This document shows, one piece after another, positions 36,301 to 48,725 of a stretch of 64,000 bases of DNA. The notes under the pieces were generated by a model. It was not told the origin of the DNA. It was given only the letters and a program-made list of their open reading frames with translations, and did no database searches. This DNA is from Octopus sinensis (Eukaryota): the NCBI RefSeq assembly GCF_006345805.1, contig NC_043016.1, positions 11,532,001-11,596,000 of the forward strand, given 5' to 3'. The position numbers and the translations under genes are program-made. Each line of letters opens with the position of its first letter. Position 1 is the first letter of the stretch.

Positions 36301-36547
36301 AGATAAACCCCATTGTCAACATTACTTCTGTTTAATTCCATGTTGCTTTTAGGTGATTTTTTTTTTTTATTTATATATATATTTGCCCCCATCCCCTTTT
36401 TGTATATCTATTCTAAGGTTTGTTTTTCTCCCCCTGTTTGGGTGAGATGATTTGATTGCTGGAAAAAATTGTTTTTGCAGCTGGTTGTCTTTCTACTTGT
36501 TAACTATTCATCTGTGAAGTTAAGGAGTGGAACTTGTTTTAAGTAGT

Positions 36548-36670
<123 letters not shown>

Positions 36671-37231
36671 GGAACAGGAACACTTGGAGGAGCAAACAGT
36701 TTACTGAAAAGTATGTATCCCAAATGGTTGTACTAAGAGTAATATGTAAATTTAGGGCCAAGTCTAGCACCTCACACACTCTCACAGTCTATTACTAAGA
36801 ACTTTTTCCTGAATATGGCATTAGTCTATCTCTGAGCAAATATTTATCTTAGATAGTAATAAATTTATACATACATTGATCAAACTGATATTGTCATAAT
36901 TTTGTGTTTATCAAGAGGCTGAAAATATATTTAATGCTTTATTCAAGCCTACAAGAGAAAGAAGGCAATGGCTAGAATAGATTTTTGTTCTTGTTGTCAG
37001 TATGCATAGGATAATTCTGGCCATATTTCAAATTTAGTGAGAATCCTCAGCAAATGTATAGCATAACTGTAATGATTATTATTATTATTATCATTATTAT
37101 CTTTTTTTTTTCTTCTTTCAAATTTGCTTCCATTTCTTGCCAAGTGTCTTCCCGACTCCTAGGGCAAAGAAACTCATAGTATACATTGGTAGGCCATGAA
37201 ACTAAATTATTATTATTATTATTATTATTAT

Positions 37232-37648
37232 TGAGTGAGAGAGCAGTGCATGCCATCAAAGTGACACTAGGGTAAAATTTACAAAGCCCAGTATACCCAT
37301 CATGGCTACCCGTCTGATAAGGGTACCTCAGGCCCATGCAGCACAGCCTTATAACAGCACATGACCTTGCAGGTGGGGCCCAGTTAGAATTTTCTTCAGG
37401 TCATGTAGCCCATCCCGCTCAAATGGTCCTTGAATATGGATTGTTTAAGGATGTTGAATGAAACACCCATGTTTCCAGAGGTGAATTATTCAAACCCCAA
37501 AGAATTCCTTTCAAAACATGGCTATGATGCTTCCCCATTACTTCTGCTCATGATCAAAGATGCACATATTGTCAGCCACTAAGGGACATGCTCAACAACT
37601 GACAAGCAAATCTGTGGTATTGAGCAGAATATTTGCTGTAGCATATTT
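37232..37648 (-). mobile_element. LINE-like 3' end, family E, with (TAA)n tail; possibly Dong/R4-type
   Basis: Reverse complement of 57170-57452; (TTA)n on both flanks. Confidence 0.7.
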
Positions 37649-37732
37649 TATTATTATTATTATTATTATTAAGGCGGCAAGCTGGCTGAATTGTTATTAT
37701 TGTTATTATTAGTATGTTAGTGAGGAAGAGGT

Positions 37733-38150
37733 GCAGACAAGGCTGTGTGGTAAGAAGTTTACTTCCCAACCACATGGTTCCAGGTTCAGTTCTAGTGATT
37801 GGCACCTTAGCAAGTGTGTTCTACTGTAGTCAATCAAAACATTGTGAGTGAATTTGGTTGAGAGAAACTGAAAGAAAACTATTGTGTGTTTGTGTGTGTA
37901 TGTGCATGTATGTGCATATGTGTGTTTGCATGTGTGTGTTATCATCTCCTTGCCTTGACATCATGTGTTAGTTACAAGCAAGTGTCACCATTTCTATGAA
38001 AATGTGTCTAGCCATGGAGAAATATTACCTTACTTGGAAATAGGTGAATGTTGGTAACATGAAGGGTACCTGGTTGTGGAAAATCAACAAATTCCATCCA
38101 ACTCATGCAGGCATGGAAAAGTGGACATAAAAACATTGATAAGGATGAGG
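37733..38150 (+). mobile_element. SINE with A head and RTE-like tail
   Basis: GGCTGTGTGGTAAGAAG head; GGAAAAGTGGACATAAAAAC tail; a similar partial copy lies at 38860-39292. Confidence 0.75.
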
Positions 38151-38291
38151 CAAGAAGAGGAAGAATGTCGCTCATCTTTTGAGACTTGTAGGAGGAATTT
38201 ATCCTCATATCAGGCACTTCTTCTGATTACTTGTGACAGAGTGCTAAGAGCACCAAAGAGCCTGGTGGGGATTTTAAAATTGGACAACAGA

Positions 38292-38741
38292 TTAACCCTT
38301 TTGTTACCATATTTCTGTTGAGATGCTCTGTGTTTCTTTCAATTACTTTCAATTTAACAAAGAATTTAGTAAAATAACTTAGTTATCATTCAGTTAGTGT
38401 TAGGAACATAAATTGTGACTAAGGTTTGGTGGAAGATTTTAATTCAAAACTTATGAAAACAAGACATTTGTACTACAGAGCCAGAGGCAGTTGGTATCAA
38501 AAGGGTTAAGAATTGTTTATATATTTTAACCCTTTTGTGACCATATTTCTGTTGAGATGCTCTGTGTTTCTTTCAATTAATTTTAAATAAAACAAAGAAT
38601 TTAGTAAAATAACTTAGTTATCATTCAGCTAAATTGTGACTAAGGTATGGTGAAAGATTTTAATTCAAAACCTATGAAAACATGACATTTGTACTACAGA
38701 GCCAGAGGCGGTTTCAGGCTGGTTGGTAATGAAAGGGTTAA
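38292..38741. mobile_element. Tandem dimer of family 1 TTAA MITEs, inverted relative to the 20.5-kb array
   Basis: Units 38292-38509 and 38526-38741; spacer GAATTGTTTATATATT equals the reverse-complemented array spacer minus 7 nt. Confidence 0.9.
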
Positions 38742-39852
38742 TCTGCCTCTGAAGTTTACTTACTTGTACTCTTGGTGGCATTTACTCTGGGTGGGTTGAG
38801 CCAGCTCCAACTAACAAGTTCACCACATCCTCAGTCATCATTCACTATTGAAGGGTAAAGGTCATATCTGGAATTTCAATGGGAATACCAGTTCACGTGT
38901 GGTTCCTGGTCACATGCATACACACTTTAGTATAGTAATTTTTTTTTCATGTCTGGTACTTATACAGTGGGTCTCCTTTGCTAACCAAAGCTTTGTGAGT
39001 GGAACTGGTAAATGGAAACTGAAAGAAGCTCATCATATCAATGTATGTGTATATGTATATGTGTCCTTTTATCTTGCTAGATATCACATGATAGTTGTAA
39101 TAAGCATCAACATCATAGAAGCAATGTTTTTTCTTTCCAATCTCTCATGAAAAAAACGTCTGGTCGTGGGGAAATATTAATTTGCCTGGAAACTGGTGAG
39201 GGTTGATGACAGGAAGAGCATCCAGCTATAGAAAATTTTCCTTCCTCAATAAATTCCATGGAAAAGTGAGGTTAAATGATGATGATGATGATTACTCACA
39301 AGCAGTACAAAAGACTGTGATTGCTAGGTCAGCTTCTTAAGAATCTGTCAAAACATTCTCAAAATAACTTTGGGTTTATTGTAATGTCACCCCTTTTAGA
39401 TTTTCTATTATTATCTTCTACAATATTTTGTGATCTTTGTTTTTTTTGTTTTTTTCTGATGTTGTGGAAGTTAGGAGATTTTTGAATGGATTGAACAGCC
39501 AACCAAGTAGGGATTACTGTTTGCAAGGAGGAGAAAACAAATAAACCTGGACTTTTAATTCTCATTGAGGCATTCAAAGTTAAATCCTTGACTGACTTCC
39601 CACCCACAAGCTTTTTTTTTTCTTTTCTTTTCTTGCCTTTTTTTTTTTCTTTTTCATGGGTGGCAGGTTAAAAGTTATGGCTGTTCTTAGTTTTATTTGA
39701 ATTTCTTCGGTACATTGCTCATCAATAAGTCACGAACAATAACTACAATATTCTTTATAACAGCAAGTATGAACAAGAGTGTCTGAACATAAACTGGATT
39801 TGGTTGAAATATTCTGAAGGAATAATTTTTGTGTGCTTATATATGTAAAACC

Positions 39853-40130
39853 ATCATCATCATTTAACATCTGGTTTCAATGCTGGCATGGGTCGGACAG
39901 TTTGTCCAGGACTGACCAGGCAGTAGTCTACACGAGACTTCAGAGTCTGTTTTGGCATGATTTTTAATGCTGGATGCCCTTCCTAACACCAACCACTCTG
40001 CAGGGTGGACTAAGTGGTTTTTACATGGCACCATCACAGGCAAGGTCAGTTTTGGCATGGGTATTACAGCTGGATGACCTTCCAAATGCCAATCACTTTA
40101 CAGTGTGAACTGGATGCTCCTTAAGTGGCA
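39853..40130 (-). mobile_element. RTE-type 3' end (family C variant)
   Basis: (CAT)n then GCTGGATGCCCTTCCTAACACCAACC. Confidence 0.8.
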
Positions 40131-40149
40131 TCTTATATATATATATATC

Positions 40150-40373
40150 AATTCTATAATTATAAGCATATTTATAATTAGGCTTCTGTAAAAATTGCTT
40201 CACCACATACCGAAATTTAGAAATAGCAGTTAAATACTATTCCGCTACCATAAGATGCTAGTGGAATAGTATTTATCTTATGGTAGTGGAATAGTATTTA
40301 ACTGCTATTTCTAAATTTCTGTATGTCGTGAAGCAATTTTGCTGAACCCTAATTATGCTTATATTATAGAATT
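40150..40373. repeat. Approximately 225-bp near-palindrome (fold-back MITE-like)
   Basis: AATTGCTTCACCACATACCGAAATTTAGAAATAGCAGTTAAATACTATTCCGCTACCATAAGAT mirrored after a short spacer. Confidence 0.85.
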
Positions 40374-40539
40374 TTTGTATAAGGGTACCGATAATGGTTC
40401 TTTTAACATACTAAACTACTTGGTAAAAATTATAATTATTAATTGATTAATTAATTTACCCTTATTATTAGTGGTTATATAATAATATATATATATATAA
40501 TATATATATATATATATAGTCAATCAAACAAATAATCAA

Positions 40540-40700
40540 ACATTGAAAATAACAAAACAATAAGAGGACATGCACATGGAATGTATTTGATGCTCAGGAA
40601 GGGTGGAAAAAATGAGAGGGTTTTTGATATTATGAGCATAACTCTTCATCAGAAAAAAAAAAGGGGGGGAAATCCAGAGAAGGGAAACTAAACTTGTATA
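40540..40700 (-). mobile_element. Short repeat with a decayed hammerhead core; homologous to 13930-14060 (+)
   Basis: TTCTGATGAAGAGTTATGCTC here versus TTCTGACAAAGAACCATGCTCAAAACGTTA at 13969-13998; shared downstream CTGAG.ATCA..AATACATTC.ATGT. Confidence 0.55.
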
Positions 40701-40723
40701 TAGATGCACATACACATCTATTT

Positions 40724-41087
40724 ATTACCTCTGCCTTCGCTAAGGTGGGGGTATTGTTTTCAGTCATGTTTGTTTGTCCATGGAAAAGATATCTCAAGTA
40801 CTGCTGGATGGATTTGGATGAAACTTTCAGGGATGTTTGGCCTCATGACTGGCACAAACTGATTAGATTTTGGGATCAATCTGGTACCAGACAAGGATTC
40901 TGGATTATTTTTCCTACTTTTTTACTTAATTTTTCAGAGCGGTTAGGTTCATTTTTAGTATTCTCATTTGAGAGAGCAGTCAAGTTTATTTCAAATATTC
41001 TCATTTCAAAGATCATCTCTGGCTAATCATTGAGAGGACATTGGTGTTGCCTTGGTGGAGGTTTGTGCTCTGTGAGTGCTCTTGTTT
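40724..41087 (+). mobile_element. DINE-1/HINE-like (Helentron-associated) non-autonomous element
   Basis: 5' ATTACCTCTGCC, subterminal inverted GCCTTGGTGGAGG, 3' GTGCTCTGTGAGTGCTC palindrome-like motif, T-rich end. Confidence 0.6.
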
Positions 41088-41611
41088 ATATGTGCTTTAT
41101 GTGTGTCTGTTGAAGTATTAAGAATTTATAAACTTTCAAGAGAATGTGAAATAATCCTTTTTAGGAACATTGGCTCTCAAGACACATTATATGCACCTGT
41201 AAATAATAGCATGTACATATTGGTTGAAAGCCTTTTTGGGTAGAAAAAGTTGTCAGACAGCTTTTGACACTTTCTATCTCAAAGGGTTTCTCAACTCAAC
41301 ATTTATATGCTATTATTTATAGCATTTATGTAATGTGATCTGACAGCCTATATATATATATTATCAAGGGTATGAGAGGTATTGGTGTCAAGAAGACCCA
41401 AAGGTGTCAGGTAATGCTGAGTAAGTGCTATGGACAGACTATGGTTAAGCTCCAGGCTTGATAATGATACGAACAAGGAGTCCAACGTGTGTTGTGTATT
41501 AGCATGTATATATGTGTGTGTATGTGTATATATCTATATAAATAAAATTAACAGAATGAAATAAAAAAATCCAAGGCTGTGAATAGTTTTCAGAGCATTT
41601 ATAAAGGGAAG

Positions 41612-41659
41612 GTCTTACAGCTGTTTCCAGGATATTATATATATCCCTTCATCAGAGAC
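41612..41659 (-). ncRNA. Minimal type I hammerhead ribozyme motif
   Basis: Minus strand: GTCT-CTGATGA-AGGGATAT(ATATA)ATATCCTG-GAAA-CAGCTG-TA-AGAC; palindromic stem III, GUA site, imperfect base of stem II. Confidence 0.7.
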
Positions 41660-41869
41660 AGTGCGAGAAAATAGTTATTATAGAGAAGATATGAAATACA
41701 GAGTAAAGTCCACTCTAAAGCATTAGAGCAGTAATATATAGGAAGATAAAAGCTATGGTCAGACATACAGTGACTATTGGTTTTGCACTTATAAAGCGCT
41801 TAGCAGCATAGGCAACTAATCAGACTCAAATGTTTGAAGGTGTATTTACACACACACATTCTTTTATTA

Positions 41870-42220
41870 TTTCATTTGTTTCAGTCATTTGACTGCAGCC
41901 ATGCTGGAGCACTGCCTTTAGTCAATCAAATCAACCCACAGGCCTAATTCTTTGTAAGCGTAACATGCTTATTCTATCAGTCTCTTTTTGCTGAACCACT
42001 AAGTTATCAGTTGTCAAACAATGGTGTGGGGCACAAACACAGACACACAAATACACACACATATATGGCAGGTTTCTCTCAGTTTCCATCTACCAAATCC
42101 CCTCACAAGCTTTTGGTTGGCTCGAGACTATAGAAGACTCTTGCCTAAGGGCCACACAGTGAGACTGAAACCAGAACCATGTGGTTGGGAAGCAAGCTAC
42201 TTACCATACTGCCACTCCTG
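41870..42220 (-). mobile_element. SINE family A
   Basis: Head and tail recognisable. Confidence 0.85.
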
Positions 42221-42557
42221 CATGTATAGAATATTATATATATATATATATATATAATATATATATATACATATACACAATGAGGATATTTATAGTAAAC
42301 AATCTGTTATATTCTGTGTATTCCCAAAGATCCTAATCAAATCCTTCTATTGTCCTCTGCACACTCTCATGATTTTCCATACAAGGTATTTAAAATGCAA
42401 AATTATATATTTATATATGTTTTGTAGTTTTAATTTTGTTTGTGAAATGAAACAATTGTTGGTGAATATTTTGGTTAATTAAGAAATTAGTTTGTATCCA
42501 TTAGATTTCTCTGTTTTCTAACAAATAAAATGTTTGATAATTTTACAATAGATATAG

Positions 42558-42596
<39 letters not shown>

Positions 42597-42884
42597 ATAT
42601 AATATATATATATTATACCAGCCTTCCCCATTAAAATATACATGTTCTACATCTTAGTGTGCTTCTTCTCCCGATTTATGTTTTCTACAAATGATACATG
42701 TGTGTGTGTGTGTGTGTGGAGAGAGAGAGAGAAATAAATTCATATATGAATGCATATATACATGCATATAAGTATCTATCTATCTGCTCATATATATAAT
42801 ATAATATTATATATTATATATTATATATACGCACATATGTACATACACTCTCACAGATATACATGCATATGCACACACATGCAT

Positions 42885-44430
42885 AAGTTTAGTGCGATAT
42901 CTTTAAATTCTAAGTTTCGTTCCCATTCTTGGAATTTCTTCTCTAACGCTTCCTCAGGCTCTGCTACAAGAGCAAAGTTATCAGCATTTAGAAATTCTTG
43001 TGGACAGTTGGTCTTAAATTCCTCCGTTGTAGCTTCAAGCTGTGTTTTAGTTTACTGAGAATCAAGCCTTGATGAACACCAATCTGCATACTAAATTCTT
43101 CACTGAATTCATTGTGAATTCTCGTTTTGCTGACTTCATCCTTGTACATGACTTACATTATTCTAAAATTCCATTCGCCTACCCCTAATTTTGTTAATGA
43201 CCTCCAGCCTCAAAGGTCATAGTCAAATACAGGTATATCAAATACCATGAAACATGAATTGTAGATTTATAAAAATTATAAATTCCTCAAGAGAATGTCT
43301 TATAATTAACAAGTGACAATTAAGAACAGCTTCATATGACAAGGAGAGACAATCTCAAGAATCAAAACTTCTCCATGTTTGACATGCCATTAAGGAAAAG
43401 GAAAAGTACAAGCTTATTGTCTGGAGATAAGAGGACAGTCAGTGACATGTTTCTGCCTCAATAACCGTCATCAGTACAACATAAAATTAGCTATGATGCC
43501 CTGTCAAATTTATTGTTTTCTGATTCCCTTTGAGCTAAGTACACTTGTCATCACGTTTCTCTCTTAGTCATGTAATATAATTCTTTGCTACCCACTTCCT
43601 TCCAGTCTTTCTATGCATGTATTTTAGCTTTTATTGCTCTATCTATTGTGCAATTCCACTACTGTATATCTTTACAGTAGTACATTGTAACTTGGTTAGT
43701 ACATTACTCCAACCACAAAACTAGTCTACAATTTCCTGCATGTTGTGTTATAAAAGCTCCAACATGTATCCTACGTTACAGGTTCTTACCTCTTCCTCCA
43801 CATCCTCCTTTTTGTTATATATATATCATCTAGAATAACCATGAACATATATCTTGTGGACAGCTGTTTTAGTTCCTGCCTCTTCCTTCCCCGGAATGTC
43901 TTTTGTATTTCACATCATGTATCTCTTCTTCTAAAGTCACTAATCACTATGTTGGAATTAATATTCACAAACTATTCCATCTACTTTGATTCCCAGTGAG
44001 AATGGAATCCGTCTAGCTTTTATGCTCACCCAATTAGAAGACAATCAAAATGGCTTGTCGGTTTTGTGAAGTTCATGTGGCAGATGGTTACTTTATTTGC
44101 GTCACAGAAATCTAGAAGACTTGGTGCTTCCTCATTCCTACAACTCTATTCACAGTCACATTTGCTCAGGTGTAGCCATTATGATTCTTTTGTTACCTAA
44201 CATGTCCATTGATGTTACCATCACCGGTGACATCAATAATGATGTCGCTCTCATTTATTATTGAAATGGTTCACAAAAGCCCTTACGACTGTCGGTTTCA
44301 TCATGATACAATTGCAATTGTGATTCATAAAATCAGTAATAATAGTTGTCATTGCTTTATCTACAACTAACCTAAGTTTAATTATTCTGTTGCATATTCT
44401 GGCTACTTTATTCTATCTATCCATATGCCA
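42885..44430 (-). pseudogene. Decayed RTE LINE ORF from the APE endonuclease to the RT, with internal deletions
   Basis: WIDRIKVARICNRIIKLRLVV..NGHV..RNEEAPSLLDFCDANKVTICHMNFTKPTSH..IVISDFR..IDRAIKAK..KDWK..GVGEW..MYKDEVSKTRIHNEFSEEFSMQIGVHQG..FKTNCPQEFLNADN. Confidence 0.88.
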
Positions 44431-44454
44431 ATACCAGTATGCCCACCCATCTAA

Positions 44455-45132
44455 CTCTTTAGCATTCATTTTTTTCTGTTAAATGTAATTCTTGTTTGTT
44501 CTCATTGTTTTCAATTAATCATGCATTATCTTGTAGCTTTGAGGTCTTGATGATGTGACTGTTTAGTTTTAGAAAGACCTTGTCTAGCTGACCAAAACTG
44601 ACCAGATTTGGCCATTTGAACATAAGCCAGATAAAAATATTTAGGACATGGCCAGTTTAAGTGCTAAAGGGCCAACCCTATTAATATTCAGATTACTCTA
44701 TTAAATATATATATATTTCTTTACTACCCTCAAGGGGCTAAACACAGAGGGGACAAACAAGGACAGACAAAGGGATTAAGTCGATTACATCGACCCCAGT
44801 GGGTAACTGGTACTTAATTTATCGACCCCGAAAGGATGAAAGGCAAAGTCAACCTCGGCGGAATTTGAACTCGGAACGTAACGACAGACGAAATACGGCT
44901 ACGCATTTTGCCCGGCGTGCTAACGTTTCTGCCAGCTCGCCGCCTTACTCTATTAAATATAATGTTTCTTTATTCTCATTGTTTTCAATTAATCATGCAT
45001 AACCTTGGTGATTTGAGATTTCAATCATGTTATGGATTTGTAGAATGACATTGTATGATAGGGGTGAGAGACTAAATCTGATCAGTTTTAACATAAAACA
45101 GTATATTTGAGTTGGATATGGCTGGTTTAACT
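44455..45132. mobile_element. Two adjacent family 2 TTAA MITEs (44455-44675 and 44680-45132); the second is split by a SINE
   Basis: CTTTAGCATTC..TGCTAAAGGG ends; TTTTCAATTAATCATGCAT body occurs twice. Confidence 0.75.
44716..44944 (-). mobile_element. SINE family B, young, with 17-bp TSD
   Basis: TTACTCTATTAAATATA at 44693-44709 and 44945-44961. Confidence 0.93.
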
Positions 45133-45134
45133 GA

Positions 45135-45460
45135 TTGAAGCACTCCGTCGGTTACGACGATGAGGGTTCCGGTTGATCCGATCAAACGAACAGCCTGCTC
45201 GTGAATTAACGTGTAAATGGCTGAGCACTCACAGACACGTGCCCTTAACATAGTTCTCGGAGATATTCAGCGTGACACAGAGATGACAAGGCCGGCCCTT
45301 TGAAATACAGGTACAACAGAAACAGGAAGAAAGAGTGAGAGAGAAAGTTGTGGTGAAGAGTACAGCAGGGATCACCACCATCCCCTGCCGGAGCCTCGTG
45401 GAGCTTTAGGTGTTTTCGCTCAATAAACACTCACAAACGCCCCGTCTGGGAATCGAAAGG
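45135..45460 (-). mobile_element. tRNA-derived SINE of another family (head truncated)
   Basis: Reverse complement starts TTCGATTCCCAGACGGGGCG..GTGTTTATTGAGCGAAAACACCTAAAGCTCCACGAGG; CpG-rich. Confidence 0.65.
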
Positions 45461-45907
45461 CTGTTTAACTACTGAAAGGTTAAACAACATTGTTACCTAC
45501 CAGGAAGAATTTGTTACAGCAGTAAGACTGCAAGGGGTTTCACTAAGGCTCTTCTCCATCTCAACTTTTGTATATGGCATTCATCTACTTAGCTCTGCCT
45601 TAAAATTTTGGTAATCACATCATGTCTATATAAACTAATGTTGCAACTCACAGTTCCTTCTGTTAAATGAGTTGATTGCTTGAGGTCTATTCTCTGCACC
45701 TGAAACGAAATGCCCAATCACTTGATCAGGGATTTTCACTCATGGTCAGTTGTTTACACCTAACCATTCCGTTACCATGTATGGAACTAGTATGGTAAGT
45801 GCTATTCCTGTAACAGTGAAGATTTACCAATGTATTGGAATGCTTCATGAATTTAAAATTGTTGCTGATATTCCAAGAGGGAGTCGTAAATTGTCCCAAA
45901 ATATATT

Positions 45908-45939
<32 letters not shown>

Positions 45940-46159
45940 CACACAACACACATATAGTAGAATAAGAAACAGAAATAGAAAGTCCTTGGTTCAGAATTAT
46001 ATATTTGAAAATAAGGGATAGAAAAGGCTTTTCTGACAATTTTTCCACTTTAATAATTACATGTTTATAAGTTATTAGGTGTTTACACCAGCTTACGAAC
46101 ATCTAATTATAAAGTGGAAAAATTATCAGAAAAGCTATCTCTATTCATTTTTGCCTATA

Positions 46160-46227
<68 letters not shown>

Positions 46228-46230
<3 letters not shown>

Positions 46231-46505
46231 GCAGCGCCGCCCTGACTGGCCTCCATGCAGGTGGCACGTAAAAAGCACCATCCGATTGTGGCCGTTGCCA
46301 GCCTGCATTGGCTCCTGTGCCAGTGGCACGTAAAAAACACCCACTACACTCACGGAGTGGTTGGCATTAGGAAGGGCATCCAGCTGTAGAAACACTGCCA
46401 AATCAGACTGGAGCCTGGTGCAGCCTTCTGGCTTCCCAGACCCCAGTTGAACCGTCCAACCCATGCTAGCATGGAAAGCGGACATTAAACAATGATGATG
46501 ATGAT
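46228..46505 (+). mobile_element. RTE LINE 3' end (family C)
   Basis: Two repeat units, conserved UTR, (GAT)n tail; between (TA)n and (CA)n. Confidence 0.9.
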
Positions 46506-46757
46506 ACACACACACACACATACACACACATAATGTAGAGAGACAGATTGACAGACAGATATAAATGAAGGTAGTATAATGGTTTCAAATTAGTGTTGTT
46601 GCTGTGTAAAAATTTTAAACCACCTGTACAAATTCTTCCATTGACATTGTGGTACCCACTCAAGAATTAAAAGTGAAATTTTTTTTAATTTCTGTATTTT
46701 ACGTTTGTATCCTTTACTGATTCTTTTCTTTTTCTTTTTTTTTTATAACTCTTTCAG

Positions 46758-46839
46758 GTTATGGTATCCTGTTAACAGATGGAGAGTAAAAAACCTAAAG
46801 AATCACTATTGGATTGTGGGTAGTCTGCTAGGTTAAACC
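46758..46839 (+). other. 5' UTR portion of the ATG-containing exon, with two uORFs
   Basis: Long polypyrimidine tract plus CTTTCAG|G acceptor at 46757; ATGs at 46761 (MVSC*) and 46779 (MESKKPKESLLDCG*); in-frame TAA at 46834-46836. Confidence 0.7.
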
Positions 46840-47449
46840 ATGTCATCCTCATCACCTCCTCAACCACTGCCATCCTCACCTTCATCACCGTCCAATCTTC
46901 AGACCACTAATCAATTATCAGCTGTTGCCAATGATCATTGCTTCCAATTGGTGACTGAATTCCCCTCAAATATACCGCTTATGCAGGGTAACAGACACAC
47001 AACCTCACAGACTTTTCCCGACAATGCATCCAACAGTACTAGCACCAACAACAACAACATTAGCCTCACCTCAAACATCTTCCCAATTCCTTTGACCACA
47101 TCAGCTGGACTGGCTTACGCATTGACTGAAAACAATAAAATTGGGATACAACGCCTCCTTAAGCCCAAAAACCCTTCGGATAAAGATGCAAAAAACAACA
47201 ACACGAGTAACAGCAATAACAACAACAATAATAATAATAATAATAATAATGTCATTTCAGGTAGCATTAACAATGTGAATACTCAGAAACAGGATCCCCA
47301 TTCACAGGGTCACAGACTTTTGGTAGATTCTAACACAGTGGCAGCAGTGGTAGCAGCTGCTGCCAACATAAACCAAGTCCAAAATCTAAATGGATCTCAG
47401 TTTCAGAAATTCAGTTTCAGCCCCGGTCGGCTTCTGAAGGATCAGTCTC

Positions 47450-47483
<34 letters not shown>

Positions 47484-47890
47484 GATCCAAGGGGAGATAA
47501 CTATGCCACACCAGGAAGACAAATCACCCTCATCGTCGTCATCAACGTCATCGTCATCTACATTGCCCATCACATTTGCTCCCGATCAATCTCAGCAGCA
47601 GGCTAGCACGGCTTCAGTGGCTGCGTCCTCCTCAGCTAACGTCGTCACATCAGCGGCAGCAGCAGCAGTTGCCGTTCAACCTGTGAGCTCTCAAAACAGT
47701 AATTCTATTCAATCTATTCAATACCAGTCCGCTACTGCTGCTGCTGCTGCTGCTGCTAATACAAACCAAGGTGCAACAAATGACACAATGCTAAGCGCTA
47801 CCATAAACTATAATGACAATGAAATGCTGTCAGATGGCACTTTTGATGTGTCTGTGAGAAACAATCTGACTCTTGATGAAGGAATACTTG
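46840..47890 (+). CDS. First coding exon of an unidentified protein with a low-complexity (polyN, polyQ, polyS, polyA) N-terminus, probably a nuclear regulator
   Basis: 350 codons plus 1 nt open; AAACCATG start; higher GC than the flanks; ends CTTG|GTAATA donor (phase 1), followed by T-rich intron-like sequence. Confidence 0.85.
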
Positions 47891-48564
47891 GTAATATCAC
47901 AATTATATTTTATATTTTTTTCTTTTTTCTTTTGTTGTTCTTGTTGTTAATATTGTTGTTTTATCTGTTATTGTTTAGCCCCAGGTCGATCCTGACTGAA
48001 CCAGCACAACGGAAACCATCTTATCCAAGACAATCACGCTCTTCTCTCAAGCATTATGTTTCTAAGATTACATTAACTAAAATGCTCCTTCTTACTCTGA
48101 TGGGGGCAGGCTAGTGATTTGCAGGAGGGTCAGCTACTGTTTCTAACACATTCAAATACTATGCAGTGAGGCCCTTCATTGATTGTGACAGTGTTCTTGT
48201 TAAAGTTAACATTTTGTTTTTCTTTCATGAATGTTCAGCTTTATAGTTTACAGTTGGTTGATACTATTTAGCTAAAGACAGGGCTAATGAAGTATTGAAG
48301 ACCAAAATATATATTATTCTATATACATTCACACAAATTTGAAATGTAAACAACCGATGCTGGTGTGTTTACATTCCTCATTCGAGTTACCTCTATTTCC
48401 AGATCTTCGTGTTTTGAAAGTTTCTCTGTTTGTTTTAGAGAAACATTGTCATCTGTTGGTATTGATACATCGATTAGAAAGCAATTATTTCTTGGTGATA
48501 TCTGACAACTATATCTAGCCTATTGACCTTAATTTCTCTATCTTTGTGTATTGGTATATCCCTA

Positions 48565-48642
48565 TCATTATCATCATCATCATCATCGTCGTCATCATTA
48601 TCATCCTCATCATCATTACTAATATTATTGTTCATGTTAGTA

Positions 48643-48674
<32 letters not shown>

Positions 48675-48725
48675 GATGTTGTTATTATGTTATTAGTATT
48701 ATCAATGTTGTTATTCTTGTTATTA
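48565..48725. repeat. (ATC)n/(ATT)n trinucleotide tract
   Basis: Directly visible. Confidence 0.95.

Noticed and set aside
47891-48114. Hydrophobic C-terminal extension of the 424-aa ORF as a transmembrane segment
   Set aside because: It follows a donor site and is T-rich intron sequence (F/L-rich by composition); treated as intron read-through.
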